A stretch of 64,000 bases of DNA from an uncultured Thermoleophilia bacterium (GTDB lineage: Bacteria > Actinomycetota > Thermoleophilia > UBA2241), in the NCBI GenBank assembly GCA_963715985.1, contig CAVQSP010000014.1, forward strand, positions 352,001-416,000, read 5' to 3'. How positions within the stretch are numbered: the first letter of the stretch is position 1; each line of letters opens with the position of its first letter. Under the pieces are notes generated by a model. The model saw only the letters and a list, made by a program, of their open reading frames with translations, did no database searches and was not told the DNA's origin. Below are positions 10,288 to 22,141 of the stretch, one piece after another. Both the position numbers and the translations under genes were made by a program.

Positions 10288-10932
10288 ATGGCGGACGAGC
10301 AGAAACGGAGCTACGACTCGCCGCGGCGGCGGCGGCAGGCGGCCGACACCAGGAGCGACATCCTCGAAGCTGCGCTGCGGCGCTTCGCGGCGAAGGGGTA
10401 CGCCGGCACGTCGATGGCGGCGATCGCCGCGGACGCCGGCGTCGCCGCGAAGACGGTCTACCTCGCGTTCGGCTCCAAGAGCGGTCTCCTGCTGGCCCTG
10501 TGGCACCGGCTGCTGCGTGGCGACGAAGAGCCGGTGCCGGTCGGCGAGCGCGCGTGGTATCGCGAGGTCCTCGAGGAGACGGACCCCCGCGGTGTACTAC
10601 GTCTCAACGCGCGCAATTCGAGAGCGGTCAAGGAACGAGCCGGGACGCTGCTCGAGGTCCTGCGCGGAGCCGCGCAGGTCGATCCGCCGGTCCAGGCATT
10701 GTGGCGGCGTATCGAGCGCGAGTTCTACGAGAACCAGCGCGCCGTGGTCGTGAGACTCGAGGAGATCGGGGCGCTGCGTCGCGGCCTGGACGCGGCGCGT
10801 GGCGCCGACATCCTGTGGACGCTCAACCACCCCGCCGTGTACGCGTTGCTGGTGGGGGAGCGTGGCTGGACGGCGGCCGAGTACGAGGAGTGGCTGGCGG
10901 ACGGCTCGTGCGCGCAGCTGCTCCAGCCCTGA
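10288..10932 (+). CDS. TetR/AcrR family transcriptional regulator
   Basis: HTH 'FAAKGYAGTSMAAIAADAGVAAKTVYLAFGSK'. Confidence 0.92.
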   Translation: MADEQKRSYDSPRRRRQAADTRSDILEAALRRFAAKGYAGTSMAAIAADAGVAAKTVYLAFGSKSGLLLALWHRLLRGDEEPVPVGERAWYREVLEETDPRGVLRLNARNSRAVKERAGTLLEVLRGAAQVDPPVQALWRRIEREFYENQRAVVVRLEEIGALRRGLDAARGADILWTLNHPAVYALLVGERGWTAAEYEEWLADGSCAQLLQP

Positions 10933-10962
10933 TCCTCGCGGCCGCGCATCGCGGCCGCCGGC

Positions 10963-11625
10963 TCAGTGTGGTCGAGCGGCCACGGCTTTCTGGACTGTGC
11001 GCGAGGCGCGAGCAGTGCCCTCGCCGATCGCCATGCCTACGAGTGCCCCGGCCAGCACGTCGCCCGGGTAGTGCACGCCCGTGTGCACGCGCGAGTACGC
11101 CACCACGGCCGCCAGGGTGCGGAGGGGCAGGCCGAGCTCGGGCCGGGAGGCGGCCACGGCCTGCGCGAAGGCGAAGCCCGAGGCCGAGTGCCCGGAGGGG
11201 AAGGACGCCGAGTCAGGCATGCGCACGTGGCGGTCGGCCACGGCCTCGTGTGTGCCGCGGTCGGGCCGCTCGCGCCGGCCGACGTACTTGAGCGGCACAT
11301 TGACGATGAACGAGTTGAGGCCCACGGCGGCCGCGCCGGTGACGGCGGCGCGGCGACCCGACCTGCCACCGAAGGCGAACAGCGCGGCGGCGATCACGAG
11401 CCAGAGCTTGGAGTGGTTCGCGAACCGCGAGAGGCGGCGTAGCGGCACGTCGAGCGTGGGCGTGGGCGTGCCCTCCACGGCGCGGTAGACGGCGAGGTCG
11501 ACGGCCTTGAGCTCGTCGAGCACGCGCTTCGGCAGCGACCGGGGTGGCTGTGGGCGTGCCTCGCCTGCGTCCTCCGGTGGGACGCCGTTGACGCTGGGGT
11601 CGTCTGACTGGCCGTCGTCGGTCAC
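10963..11625 (-). CDS. PAP2 family phosphatase
   Basis: 'K...RERP', 'SFPSGH', 'SRVHTGVHYPGDV'; start uncertain. Confidence 0.9.
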   Translation of the reverse strand: MTDDGQSDDPSVNGVPPEDAGEARPQPPRSLPKRVLDELKAVDLAVYRAVEGTPTPTLDVPLRRLSRFANHSKLWLVIAAALFAFGGRSGRRAAVTGAAAVGLNSFIVNVPLKYVGRRERPDRGTHEAVADRHVRMPDSASFPSGHSASGFAFAQAVAASRPELGLPLRTLAAVVAYSRVHTGVHYPGDVLAGALVGMAIGEGTARASRTVQKAVAARPH

Positions 11626-11665
11626 AGCGGCGATGCTACCATCGCGCCGGCGACCGGGCGAGGGC

Positions 11666-13027
11666 TCAGACACCGCCGACCGGGCGCCCGAGGGCGACGC
11701 GCCACACGTCCGCCGTCAGCGAGCGCAGGGGCTTTGAGCGCGCCGCGGGCGAGTAGCCGATCGCCTGGGCGTGCAGCCGGATGCGCAGCACGCGCGGACG
11801 CGACGAGAACACGAGCGGAGGTTCCATCTCCAGCGACTCGCCATCCAGGCCCACGGCGATGGGCGAGGCCGAGTCCACCGTGAGCGCCCGGGTGCTCCAG
11901 GCGAGGTAGCCGTCGTAGCGGTCGGGCCGGCCGGCTGCGAACTCGGCGATGAACGTAGTGGCGGCCAGGGCGTTGGGGACGAGCAGGGCGAAGACGCCGA
12001 GCGTGCCGGTGTCCAGCCGGGGGCGCGAGGCGATCGTCCCGATGGTCGTGCCGTAGGGCCCGTTCGAGATCTGCAGCACGTGGGCGCCCTCGTGCACGGC
12101 GCCGTCGGGGTCGGTGAAGCGCAGGTCGAAGGGCTCGGAGTCGGGGCCGAGCATCTCCGGCAGAGCCGCCAGCGTGGTCTCTCGCTTGGCATCGCGATAC
12201 TCGGGCGAACTGACGATCGTCGCGTAGAGACCCAGAGAGACGTTGTTCACGAACACGCGGCCGTTGACGTCGGCGAGGTCGATGGCGTGCTCGAAGGCCT
12301 CGCCGTACGCGTCGAGCGCCCCGATCACGTCCGTGCGGTCCAGGCCGAGGTCCAGGGCGAAGTGGTTGCGCGTCCCCGCCGGCACGACGACCATCGGCAC
12401 GCCGCGCTCTGCGGCGATGCTGGCGACGAGGGCCTGAGAGCCGTCCCCGCCGGCCATGCCGATCACGTCGGTCCCGCGGTCGATGGCGTCCCGCGCGAGC
12501 TGGAGCAGGTCATCGCCGGGCGTGAGCACCACCGGCTCGATCCCGCGTGCTTTGCACTCGTCGACGAGGTGGAACCGCTCCGCCTTCCCGCCCCCCGACT
12601 TGAGGTTCATGATCAGCGTGCCGCGCCGGGCCGCGGGCACCGGTGTGCCCGGTGTGGCGCTCTGCTTGAGGGTGCGCACGTCGCGGGACAGCGAGTACTT
12701 CGCCAGACCCGCGGCGATCAGCAGGGCCGCGACCCTTACGGCCAAAGAGAGGATGCTCAGGCGGCCCTTGGAGACCTCGGCCAGGACGATCCCGGCGGTC
12801 GCGGCCACGGCCACGGCCACGCCCACCCACCGCCACGCTCCCTTGCGCGTGAGCGCGTCCCAGACGGCGATGCCGACGATCACGAGCAGGGCGGCCTGGA
12901 GGAGGAAGAGCAGCGGCTGGTCCAGGATGACGGCCAGTGTCGTCGCGAGCACTGCGACGACGATCACGATGGCGGCCAGCGCCGCCACGCGGCGCATGGC
13001 CGTCGGGCGGCGCGACGCGCCGCTCAC
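11666..13027 (-). CDS. Diacylglycerol kinase family protein with N-terminal TM helices
   Basis: 'NLKSGGG', 'AGGDGS', 'PAGTRNHFA', 'DGE'; start uncertain. Confidence 0.88.
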   Translation of the reverse strand: MSGASRRPTAMRRVAALAAIVIVVAVLATTLAVILDQPLLFLLQAALLVIVGIAVWDALTRKGAWRWVGVAVAVAATAGIVLAEVSKGRLSILSLAVRVAALLIAAGLAKYSLSRDVRTLKQSATPGTPVPAARRGTLIMNLKSGGGKAERFHLVDECKARGIEPVVLTPGDDLLQLARDAIDRGTDVIGMAGGDGSQALVASIAAERGVPMVVVPAGTRNHFALDLGLDRTDVIGALDAYGEAFEHAIDLADVNGRVFVNNVSLGLYATIVSSPEYRDAKRETTLAALPEMLGPDSEPFDLRFTDPDGAVHEGAHVLQISNGPYGTTIGTIASRPRLDTGTLGVFALLVPNALAATTFIAEFAAGRPDRYDGYLAWSTRALTVDSASPIAVGLDGESLEMEPPLVFSSRPRVLRIRLHAQAIGYSPAARSKPLRSLTADVWRVALGRPVGGV

Positions 13028-13171
13028 GCGCGTGCCTCGCCGCTGTCTGTGCTTCGTCTCACCGTCTCCTCCGCCCTGGCTCACGTGACGACGCGATTGC
13101 TGGCACAGAATGGACGTTGCAGGCACGCGTCCTGGCTTGGTCCGATTCGCGCGCCCGGGTATGCTCGCGCC

Positions 13172-13741
13172 ATGCGACCGACCGCCACACGGCTGGCTGC
13201 CTCACTCGGGCTCGCACCCCACCCCGAGGGCGGGTACTTCCTCGAGACGTATCGCGCTGCCCACACGCTCAGCACGCCGCGTGGCGAGCGGGCGGCGTCG
13301 ACCGCGATCATCTTCCTGGTCACGCAGGACTCGGTCAGCCGCCTGCATCGTCTCGCCGGCGACGAACTGTGGGTCTACCAGGGGGGGCTGCCGCTCGAAC
13401 TGGTGACCATCGACGTCCAGGGCGCGCTGGAACGGCGCGTGCTCGGGGACCTGGAGGAGATCGTCCGCAGCCGCGATCACGCCGTGCCGGCCACGGAGGA
13501 GGTCCCGGTGGGATCGCCGGAGGGGTCGCGGGACTGGCTGACGCAGGCGCTGGTGCCGGCGGGCAGCTGGCAGGGCGCCCGCATCGCGGGCGGCCCGCAC
13601 CTGCCGGCCGAGTACGCCTGGGCGCTGGTCAGCTGCATCGTCACCCCCGGCTTCGACTACGCCGACTTCGAGATCGGCGAGCGTGAGGCGCTGCTCGCCT
13701 CTTACCCGCAGCACGAGGGGACGATCCTCGAGCTGACCTGA
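13172..13741 (+). CDS. Cupin_5 (DUF985) protein
   Basis: 'PHPEGGYFLET', 'STAI', 'LVSCIVTPGFDYADFE'. Confidence 0.9.
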   Translation: MRPTATRLAASLGLAPHPEGGYFLETYRAAHTLSTPRGERAASTAIIFLVTQDSVSRLHRLAGDELWVYQGGLPLELVTIDVQGALERRVLGDLEEIVRSRDHAVPATEEVPVGSPEGSRDWLTQALVPAGSWQGARIAGGPHLPAEYAWALVSCIVTPGFDYADFEIGEREALLASYPQHEGTILELT

Positions 13742-13834
13742 GGGCGGAGGGACCCGGCTGCCGTCTGCCCCGCGGCGCCGCCGCCGCGGGGCCCGCCCGG
13801 GTCCGTCCGGACCCCGTGATACGCTCGCCGCCGT

Positions 13835-16800
13835 ATGAGCGAAGAGACGGATCAGGACTCGCGGGCGGCTCTCGAGCGGCCGCTTCCCGGAGCTGGAGGA
13901 CGCGCTCTGCGAGCGGGTCCGCGAGCTCCGCGGCGGCGGGCGGCTCGACCCCCTCGCGGTCGTCGTCGGTTCGGCGGCCGTCCGCACGAGGGTCGGCGAC
14001 CTCCTCGTGCGCCGTCTCGGCGCCGTGGCCAACGTGCGGGTCGTCACGCTCGCGCGGTTCGCCGCCGACCTCGTCGCGCAAGGCGGCGCGGCGGCGCCTG
14101 ACGCGCTCGGTGGCCTCGCGCGTGAGCGCCTCGTGCGCCGTACTCGTCGCAGCCCGGCCGGACCTCGGGTACTTCGCCCCGGTCGCCCAGCGGCCGCACT
14201 TCGCGCAGGCGCTGGCGGCCACGTTCGCCGATCTCCGGGAGGCCTGCGTCGCGCCGGACGCGCCGTGGGCCGAGGCCGTCGCCGAAGCGGCCACCGGGGA
14301 GTCCGCGCAGGCAAAGGCCGCAGATCTCGCACGGCTCTACAGCGACTACTGCGCCGGACTCGAGCGGCGCGGCCTCACGGACGCCGCCGGCGTGCAGCGC
14401 GCGGCCGCGGCTATCATCGCCGCCGGTCCAGGAGGCGCGGGTCCGCCGCCCGCGCACGTCATCGTCTACGGTCTGTACGACCTCAACCAGGCGCAGGAGC
14501 AGCTCCTCCGCGCGCTCGTCGCCGCGGGCGCCGACGTGTTTGTCCCGGTGCCCCGCGGAGGGACTCGCGACATGCGCGGCCGCGCTGGCCGCCGCCGTCT
14601 CGGCCGGTCTCCGCGAGAAGCGGCTGCAGGCTCCGCCGTCCGCGTGCAACCGCGATGCCGTCGCCGCCGTCTGGGCCGTGCGCGGCGAGGGCGACGTCGC
14701 GGCGGACCGGCTCCGTCTCGAGCAGGACGACCCCAGCCTGGCCGTGGTCTCGGTCAGCGACCAGCGCGCGGAGATGCGCGAGGCCGCCCGCGAAGTCCTC
14801 GCCGCGATAGGGGAGGGTGGAGCGGCCGCATGGGACTGCGCCGTCGTCGTCCCGCACGGCGACGACGTCGAGCACGCGGCGGCCGCACTCAAAGGGGCGG
14901 GCCTTCCGGTCGCTTGCCGTCTTCCGGACCGCTCCGCCGGTCCGCGCGTGCTCCTTCGACTCGCGGACTGTCTCGCTCCACAGGCCGGCGGCGCCTTCGC
15001 GCGGCGAGCCGTCGTCGACCTCCTCACTGCGGCCGGTCTGCGCGAGGGAGCTTCCGAGGCCGGCGACGCGGCCCTGTGGCTCGACGAGGCGCGTCAGGCC
15101 GGAGTGGTGAGCGGTCTCGACCAGTGGACCGAGCGCCTGCCGCGCCACGTGGCAGGCCTGCACCAGCGGGTCGCCTCTCTGACTGCGCGGGGCGAGGCCG
15201 GGGCAGGCGAGGAGGACGACGCGCCGTACAAGCTCGCCGTCGCCCGTTCGCGTCTTGACGCCGCGAGGGCTCTCGAGGCCACCGTCTCGGCGCTGGCCGG
15301 CGCGTGTGCCGAGCCGCCCGCTCCCGCTGCCTGGGGCCAGTGGGCCGAGTTCTTCGCCCGCGTGGTGGAGGCTGTCTTCGACCCAGCTGTCGCGGACGCG
15401 GCGCGCGATGCAGCGGCACGGCTTCACGCTCTCGCCGTGCTGGGCGAGGAGGTCGAGCTCGTCGAGGCTGCGCTCGCTCTCCGCGACGTGCTGGCCGGCG
15501 CCGGCCTCCCGCACGGCAGGGTGGGCCGCGACGGGGTAGCGGTGCTTACGCCGCTCGAGCTTCGCGGCCTCAGCTTCCACACGGTGGTGTTCACCGGCCT
15601 CGCGGCCGGCGGGTTCCCGTCGCGCGGCCGCCCGGATCCGCTGTTCGGCGACGCCGAGCGGCGGGCGGTCGCCGACGCGCTCGGCGTGCGGCTTCCGCTC
15701 GCCGAGCTGCGCGACGCCGAGTCCACGCTGCTCTTCGCGTTCTGCTGCGAGGCGGCCCGTGACCGCCTCGTCCTCCTCGCGCCCCGGTCGGACGCGACCG
15801 ACGGGAGGCCACGCCTGCCCTCCCGGGTCCTGTTGCGGTTGGCCTCGCTGGCGGCAGGCGCCCCTGTCGGCGTGGACGAGTTCCTCGCCGGCGACCCGCT
15901 GCGGCCCGTGTGGCGGCGCACATCGGGTGCCCCGCGCTTTGAAGGGGGCGGGGTGTGGGTGGACCGGCGCGAGCGCGACACGGCAGCCCTGCTCGCCTTC
16001 ACGGCCGCCGGGCGGCGCGCGGCCGCCCGCGAGTACCTCGCCGGCGTGATCGGCGACGACGCCGTCGTGGCACGAAGGCTCGGTGCCTGGCGCTCCGCGT
16101 CAAGCCCCTTGCCGGGGCCGTGGGACGGCCTCCTGGGCGAGGACGCCCGCCGTGAGCTTGCGGCGCGTCACCCCTTCACCGGCGAGCTGTCGCCCACGGC
16201 GCTCGAGCGGTACGTCTCGTGTCCGTTCGCCTATCTGCTGCAGAACGTCTTCGGGATGAGGGCCCCGGAGGAGCCTGCCGACGCGCTCGAGATGGACGCG
16301 GCCGAGTTCGGCAGCCTCGCGCACGCCATCCTGCACGATGTCTACGCGCGCGTCATCGAAGGCGATCTCGGGGCCGACGAGGCAGGGGAGGCGCTCGAGC
16401 ATGCCTGGGGCCTGCGGTGCGCGGAGGCCGAACGCGACGGGGTCACCGGGGCGGCGCTCGCCTGGGAGGTCCGCCGCGCCGTGCTTCTCGAGGACCTGCG
16501 CGAGTCGCTGCGCCGCGATCCCGTCTTCGCGTCGGCCGACGGCCGCCCGCTGCACGTGGAGTGGAGCTTCGGCGAGAAGGCACGGGCGGCCCGTCGCGCT
16601 CGAGCTGGAGGACGGCTTCACCGTCCGGTTCAGGGGGCGGCTGGACCGGGTGGACGTCACCGCGTCGGGCGCGCGCGTCATCGACTACAAGTCGGGCGGC
16701 GGCGGCACCGAGCGCAACCGTCTCAAGGAGGGCCTCAGCGTCCAGCTTCCCGTGTACATGCTGGCGGTGCGTCAGACCGCGGACGAGGACTACCCGGCCG

Positions 16801-17093
16801 TCTCCTGCCTCTATCGGCTCGTCACGCGTCGCGGAGGCTTCGAGGACCTGCCGCTGCCCCAGGACGAGCAGGACGCCGAGGCGCGCCTGCGGCGCCTCGT
16901 CGGCGGCGCCGTACGGCTGGTCGGCGACGGCCTGTTCCCGCGCACCACGCGCCAGCGCTGCGAGTACTGCGATGTGAGCTATGCGTGCGGCACCGCTGCC
17001 TGGGTGCGCGCGCGCAAGCGCGAGGCGGCTGCGCTCGCGCCGGTGGTCGCCCTGCAGGCCCCTGAGCACAAGGGGGACGGCGATGGCTCCTGA
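13835..17093 (+). CDS. addB: AddB/RexB-like helicase-nuclease subunit with PD-(D/E)XK domain (several frameshifts)
   Basis: 'LSPTALERYVSCPF', 'GRLDRVD', 'VIDYKS', 'QLPVY', Fe-S 'CEYCDVSYAC'; coupled to addA. Confidence 0.8.
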
Positions 17094-20000
17094 GCGCACC
17101 ATCCACGACCTCCGGACGCGCGAGCTGGTCACGAGCGAGCTGGGCACCACGTTCCTCGTCGAGGCATCGGCCGGTACGGGCAAGACGCGCGTGCTCGTGG
17201 ACCGCTACCTGCGCTGCGTTCTTGATGCGGAGCGCGGGGCCGGCGATGTGCGCAAGGTCGCGGCCATCACGTTCACGGAGAAGGCCGCCGCCGAGCTGCG
17301 CCAGCGCATCCGCGAAGACCTCGAGCTGCGCGCCCAGACCGCCCCTGCCGGCTCGGACCTCGCGGCGCGCATCGCCGGTGCGCTCGACGCTCTGGACGAC
17401 GCGCCCATCGGCACCATCCACGGGTTCGCCGGACGGCTGCTGCGCGAGTTCCCCGTCGAGGCGCGCGTCGACCCCGCCTTCGAGCAGCTGGACGAGCTCG
17501 GTGCCGGCCTGGAGCGCGAGCGCCTCTGGGAAGAATGGGTCACGGGCCTCGCCGCGAGCGACGCGGCCGCGTCGCCCGGCCGCAGGCGTCTCTCCAGGCT
17601 TCTGCGTGCGGGGGTGCGGCTCGACTCCGTGCGCACGCTCGCCATCGGGCCAAAGGGCGTGTTCGGCGAGCGGTACGACCTGGACCCGGCGACCCAGCTT
17701 GCGGATCAGCCGGATCTGAGCGCGGGACTCGGGCGCCTTGCCGCACCGCTGCAGGCCCTCGCGGGTTTCTGTGCCGTCGCCTGTCTGGACCCGTCGGACA
17801 AGGGCTATGTGGCCGCCGCAGACCTCGTCGATGCGTGCCGGCGGCTCGCGGACGAGCCGCCGGCCGACCTCGACCAGCTGGCGGCGGCCCTCTACCGCCT
17901 GCCGGTCCGCGAGACGGCCTCAGCGCCGGGGGGTGCCAAGGGCAACTGGGACGCCGCCCGCGGCGGCAAGGACGCCCTTCAGCTGCACTACCAGGCGCTC
18001 GTCGCCGAGGTCGCGGTGCTCCGGGACGCCTATGCGGCCTTCCTCACCGGCCTCGCCGTCGCCGTCGCCGACGAGTTCTCGCGCTGGGCCGGCGGCACGC
18101 AGCTGGCGTTGGGCCGTCTGGACTTCACCGACCTCCTCGGCTGCCTGCGCGACCTCCTCAAGCGCGACATGGGGGCACGGCGGGCGCTCCAGCGGCGGTT
18201 CCGCTACGTGCTGGTCGACGAGTTCCAGGACACCGACCCTCTGCAGGCGGAGATCGTCTTCTTCCTCTGCGAACATGAGCCGCTGGCGACGGAGTGGCAG
18301 GAGGTGGTGCTCGAGCCGGGCAAGCTGTTCGTGGTCGGCGACCCCAAGCAGTCCATCTACCGGTTCCGGCGCGCGGACATCGCCATGTACGACCAGGTCA
18401 AGCGCCTCGTGGCGGCGCAACCGGCCGGCGGGGGCGCGTTCAACGTCATCTCGCCAGAACTTCCGCACCACACCCGCGGTCACCGACTGGGTCAACCGTG
18501 TGTTCGACGGAGTCTTCGAGAGCGACAGGCAGGAGGGCCGCCAGCCGGGCTACGTGCCGGTGCAGCCGTTCCGCCCGCCCGACGGGCACGGCGGGGTCGC
18601 CGTGCTGCTCGGCAGACCGTACACGAGCGCGGCCGGCGAGGCCGAGAGCGCCCGCCGGGACGAGGCCGCCGCCGTGGCGTCACTCCTCCTCGAGATGCAC
18701 GACGGCGCCGGCGAGCGCTGGCAGGTGCAGGATCGCGACGGCGCGCCGGCCGGCGCTGCCGAATCGTGGCGCCCGATCCGCTGGGGCGACGTCGCGCTGC
18801 TCTTCCGCGCCACCACCGGGCTCGAGACCTACGAGCAGGCGTTCCGCGCCGCCGGCGTGCCCTACCGCGTGGAGGGCGGCAAGGCCTACTTCTCGCGTCG
18901 TGAGGTGGACGACGCGCTGCTCTGCCTGCGGGCCGTGGACGACCCCAGCGACGGCCCGGCGGTCTACGGGGCGCTGCACTCGAGCCTGTTCGGCTTCAGC
19001 GACGACGAGCTCTTTCTGTTCTGGGCCCACGGCGGCAGGTTCGAGCTGTACGCCGCCGCGCAGCCGGAGGGGCACGCGGAGATCGTCACCGCGCTGGCCA
19101 CGCTGCGCGAGCTGCACGAGCAGCGCACAGCATGTGAGCCGCACGAGCTGGTTGCGGAACTCGTGCGCCGTACGTGCGCGTACCGAGTTCCTCGCCGGCG
19201 CCGGACCAGGGGCCGCCCAGGCCATCGCCAACCTCGACAAGCTCATCGACCGCGCCGAGGCGTTCGCCGGCGCCGGCGGCGGCGGGCTCGGCGCCTTCCT
19301 TGCGTGGGCAGCCGAGGCCGGAGACGCCGCCGGGGAGCAGGAGTCCCAGGTCGACGACGACGGCGACGTGGTGCACCTGCTCACCATCCACAAGGCCAAG
19401 GGCCTCGAGTTCCCCGTCGTCGTGCTCATCGGCGGCGCCCTCGGGACGGGAGGCGGCAGGGGCGAGCCCATCGTCGACCGCGCCGCGCGCCGTCTGTCGG
19501 TCAAGCTCAAGGTGGAGCTGCCGGGGATGCCGCCTCGCGACCTCGAGCCTCGGGAGTACACGATGCTCAAGGAGCGCGAGGCCGAGATGGAGGCCAGCGA
19601 GATGCGCCGCCTGCTGTACGTCGCGGCCACGCGGGCACGTGACCGGCTGGTGGTGGCGTGCTTCGGCAAGCTCACCAACAAGGACGGCTCGCCCTCCGCA
19701 GTGCTCCTCGGGCCCCTCGCCGGCGTGTTGCCCGAACCGGCGGCCATCACCGAGGCGTTCGACCATGAGGGCATGCTCGTGCTTCCGCCGGGTACGCCGC
19801 CGGACCGCGAGCAGCCGGACACGGCTCCCGACGGCGGCCCTGCTCTGGCCGAGCGCGCTGCGTGGCTGCGAGAGAGGCAGGAGTTGCTGGTCCGAGCCGC
19901 GAGGCCGGCTCTTGCCACGAGCCCCAGCGGCCTCGAGCGCGTCGACGAGGAGGTCCGCACGGGCGGGCCGGGCGCGCCGCCCGGCCGGGCCCGAGCGCTG

Positions 20001-20597
20001 GCTCTGGGCTCGGCGGTCCACCGCGTCATGGAGCTCTGCGACCTTCAGGACGAGGGTACCCTTGCGTCGGCGGCCGCTGCCGCTGCCGCCGAGCTGGGGA
20101 GGCCGGATCTGGCCGAAGACGCGGCGAGTCTCGCCGCCGCCTGCTGGCGTTCCGCTCCCGTCCGCGCGGCCGCCCGCGCCCAGGCCGCGGACCGCGGCGC
20201 CGTGCACCGCGAGCTGCCTCTCGGTGCGCTCGTCGGCGACGTGGTCGTCAATGGCGCCGTCGACCTTCTGTACCGCGACGACGGCGCCTGGGTGGTCGTC
20301 GACTACAAGACCGATCGTGCCGACGAGCCTGGGGTGCTGCTGCAGCGCTACAGCCCGCAGGGCGCCGCTTACGCCGTCGCCGCGGAGGCCGTGCTGGGCC
20401 GCGGCGCCGTGCGTGAGGTCGTGTTCGTGGCGGCGCGCGCCGGCGGCCTCGACGTGCACGTGCCCGTGGACGACGCGCTGCGCGCGTCCGCCGTCACGGA
20501 CATCGCCACTGCCGCCGGCGCCGGTCACGCCGTCGCCGAGCACGAGCTCACGGGCGAGCCCGTCGTCTCCGACCAGGGCGGCGCCGTCTCGGGCTGA
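17083..20597 (+). CDS. addA: AddA/UvrD-type helicase-nuclease subunit (frameshifts near 18455 and 19180)
   Basis: 'EASAGTGKT', 'VDEFQDT', 'VGDPKQSIYRFR', 'TIHKAKGLEF', 'YVAATRAR', nuclease 'GAVDL...VVDYKT'. Confidence 0.88.
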
Positions 20598-20966
20598 CCG
20601 CGCCTCGTGCCCCTCGTGCGGCGGACCGCTTCAGCCGCGCCCCCTTCTCTGCCGATACTCACCCTGGCGCTTGCGCGGGTACCGGTGGAGCCGCGGGGTC
20701 GCCTCCAGAACCCATCCGGATGTGGTACATCCCCGAGAAGCAGACCACGGTGATCGCCTTCTTCAACGAGACCTCGACGTTCACACCGCGCTGTGAGGTC
20801 CGAGGGCAGATGGCCCTGCAGAAGCTGCTGCTCACCGCCTTCGAGGTGATCTGAGCGGCGGCGGCGGTCGCGACCGCGTGCCCCGCGCCGCCGCCGCGAA
20901 CCTCCGCGTGCCTCAAAGCCGCCGGGATGTGGAACACTCGCTCCAGACCACCCAAGGAGAGCGAGC

Positions 20967-21464
20967 ATGGCTACCATCCAGAAGATCACCCCGAACCTCT
21001 GGTTCGACGGCCAGGCGGAGGAGGCGGCGCGCTTCTACGTCTCCATCTTCCGCGACGCCGAGATACGCAAGATCAGCCACTACGGCCCCAACGCCCCCAT
21101 GCCCGAGGGCACCGCGCTCACCGTGGAGTTCACGCTGGAAGGGCAGACATTCACGGCGCTGAACGGGGGTCCGCAGTTCACCTTCAGCCCGGCGATCTCG
21201 TTCATCGTGCACTGTGCGACGCAGGATGAGGTCGACCACTATTGGGACCGTCTCACCGAAGGCGGCGACCCGCAGGCGCAGATGTGCGGCTGGCTCAGCG
21301 ACAAGTACGGAGTGTCGTGGCAGATCGTGCCGGAGGCGCTCGGGCGGTTCATGACCGATCCCGACCCGGCCCGGGCAAGCAGGACGATGCAGGCGATGCT
21401 GCAGATGAAGAAGCTCGACATCGAAGCGCTGCGGCGCGCCCACGATGGGGAGGAGGAGGCCTGA
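20967..21464 (+). CDS. VOC family protein (PhnB / 3-demethylubiquinone-9 methyltransferase-like)
   Basis: 'ITPNLWFDGQAEEAA', 'ALNGGP', 'CGWLSDKYGVSWQIVP'. Confidence 0.92.
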   Translation: MATIQKITPNLWFDGQAEEAARFYVSIFRDAEIRKISHYGPNAPMPEGTALTVEFTLEGQTFTALNGGPQFTFSPAISFIVHCATQDEVDHYWDRLTEGGDPQAQMCGWLSDKYGVSWQIVPEALGRFMTDPDPARASRTMQAMLQMKKLDIEALRRAHDGEEEA

Positions 21465-21466
21465 CC

Positions 21467-22141
21467 GTGGCGCGAAGAGCGTCCGCCGAGCCGGACCCCG
21501 GCGCGGCGTCGGGACTGGGTCTCCCCGCCGGCGACTTCTCGGCCTGGCTCGCGCGCATGCGTGCGGGCCTGCATGAGCACACCGATACCGATGTGCCCTG
21601 CGGCAGCTGCTGCGCCTGCTGTTCCACGTCCCACTTCGTCCACGTGGCGCCGGACGAACGCGACGTGCTGGCGCTCGTCCCGCGCGAGCTCCGCTTCCCC
21701 GCGCCGGGGCTGCCCGCGGGCCACGTCGTGCTGCCGTACGACGAGCGCGGGCGGTGCCCGATGCTGGCGACCGACGGTCGCTGCAGCATCTACGAGCACC
21801 GCCCGCGCACCTGCCGCGTCTACGACTGCCGGGTGTTCGCGGCGGCCGGCATCGACGCCGACCACGACGCCATCACGGCGCGGGCCCGCCGCTGGTGCTT
21901 CGCCTATCCGGCGGAGCAGGACCGCGAGGAGCACCAGGCGGTCGTGGCGGCGGCGCGCTTCCTGCGCGACCACGCCGCCGCCTTCCCTCCCGGATTCGTC
22001 CCGGACGCGCCGCGGCTCGCCGTCCTCGCGGTGGAGGTGAGCAGCCTCTTCCTCGGCCGTCCCGCCGGCGGCGAGGCCGAGCCGCCGGACGCGAGCCTCG
22101 TCGCCGCCATCGAGCGCGCGGCGCAGCGCCTCGTCCCATGA
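21467..22141 (+). CDS. YkgJ family cysteine-cluster protein (CxxCxxCC), copy 1
   Basis: 'CGSCCACC', 'CPML', 'CSIYEHRPRTCRVY'. Confidence 0.88.
   Translation: MARRASAEPDPGAASGLGLPAGDFSAWLARMRAGLHEHTDTDVPCGSCCACCSTSHFVHVAPDERDVLALVPRELRFPAPGLPAGHVVLPYDERGRCPMLATDGRCSIYEHRPRTCRVYDCRVFAAAGIDADHDAITARARRWCFAYPAEQDREEHQAVVAAARFLRDHAAAFPPGFVPDAPRLAVLAVEVSSLFLGRPAGGEAEPPDASLVAAIERAAQRLVP

Noticed and set aside
20600-20853. Short ORF-like segment after addA ('MWYIPEKQTTVIAFFN...')
   Set aside because: No start or RBS; it resembles a C-terminal remnant of a serine hydrolase but is too short to call.
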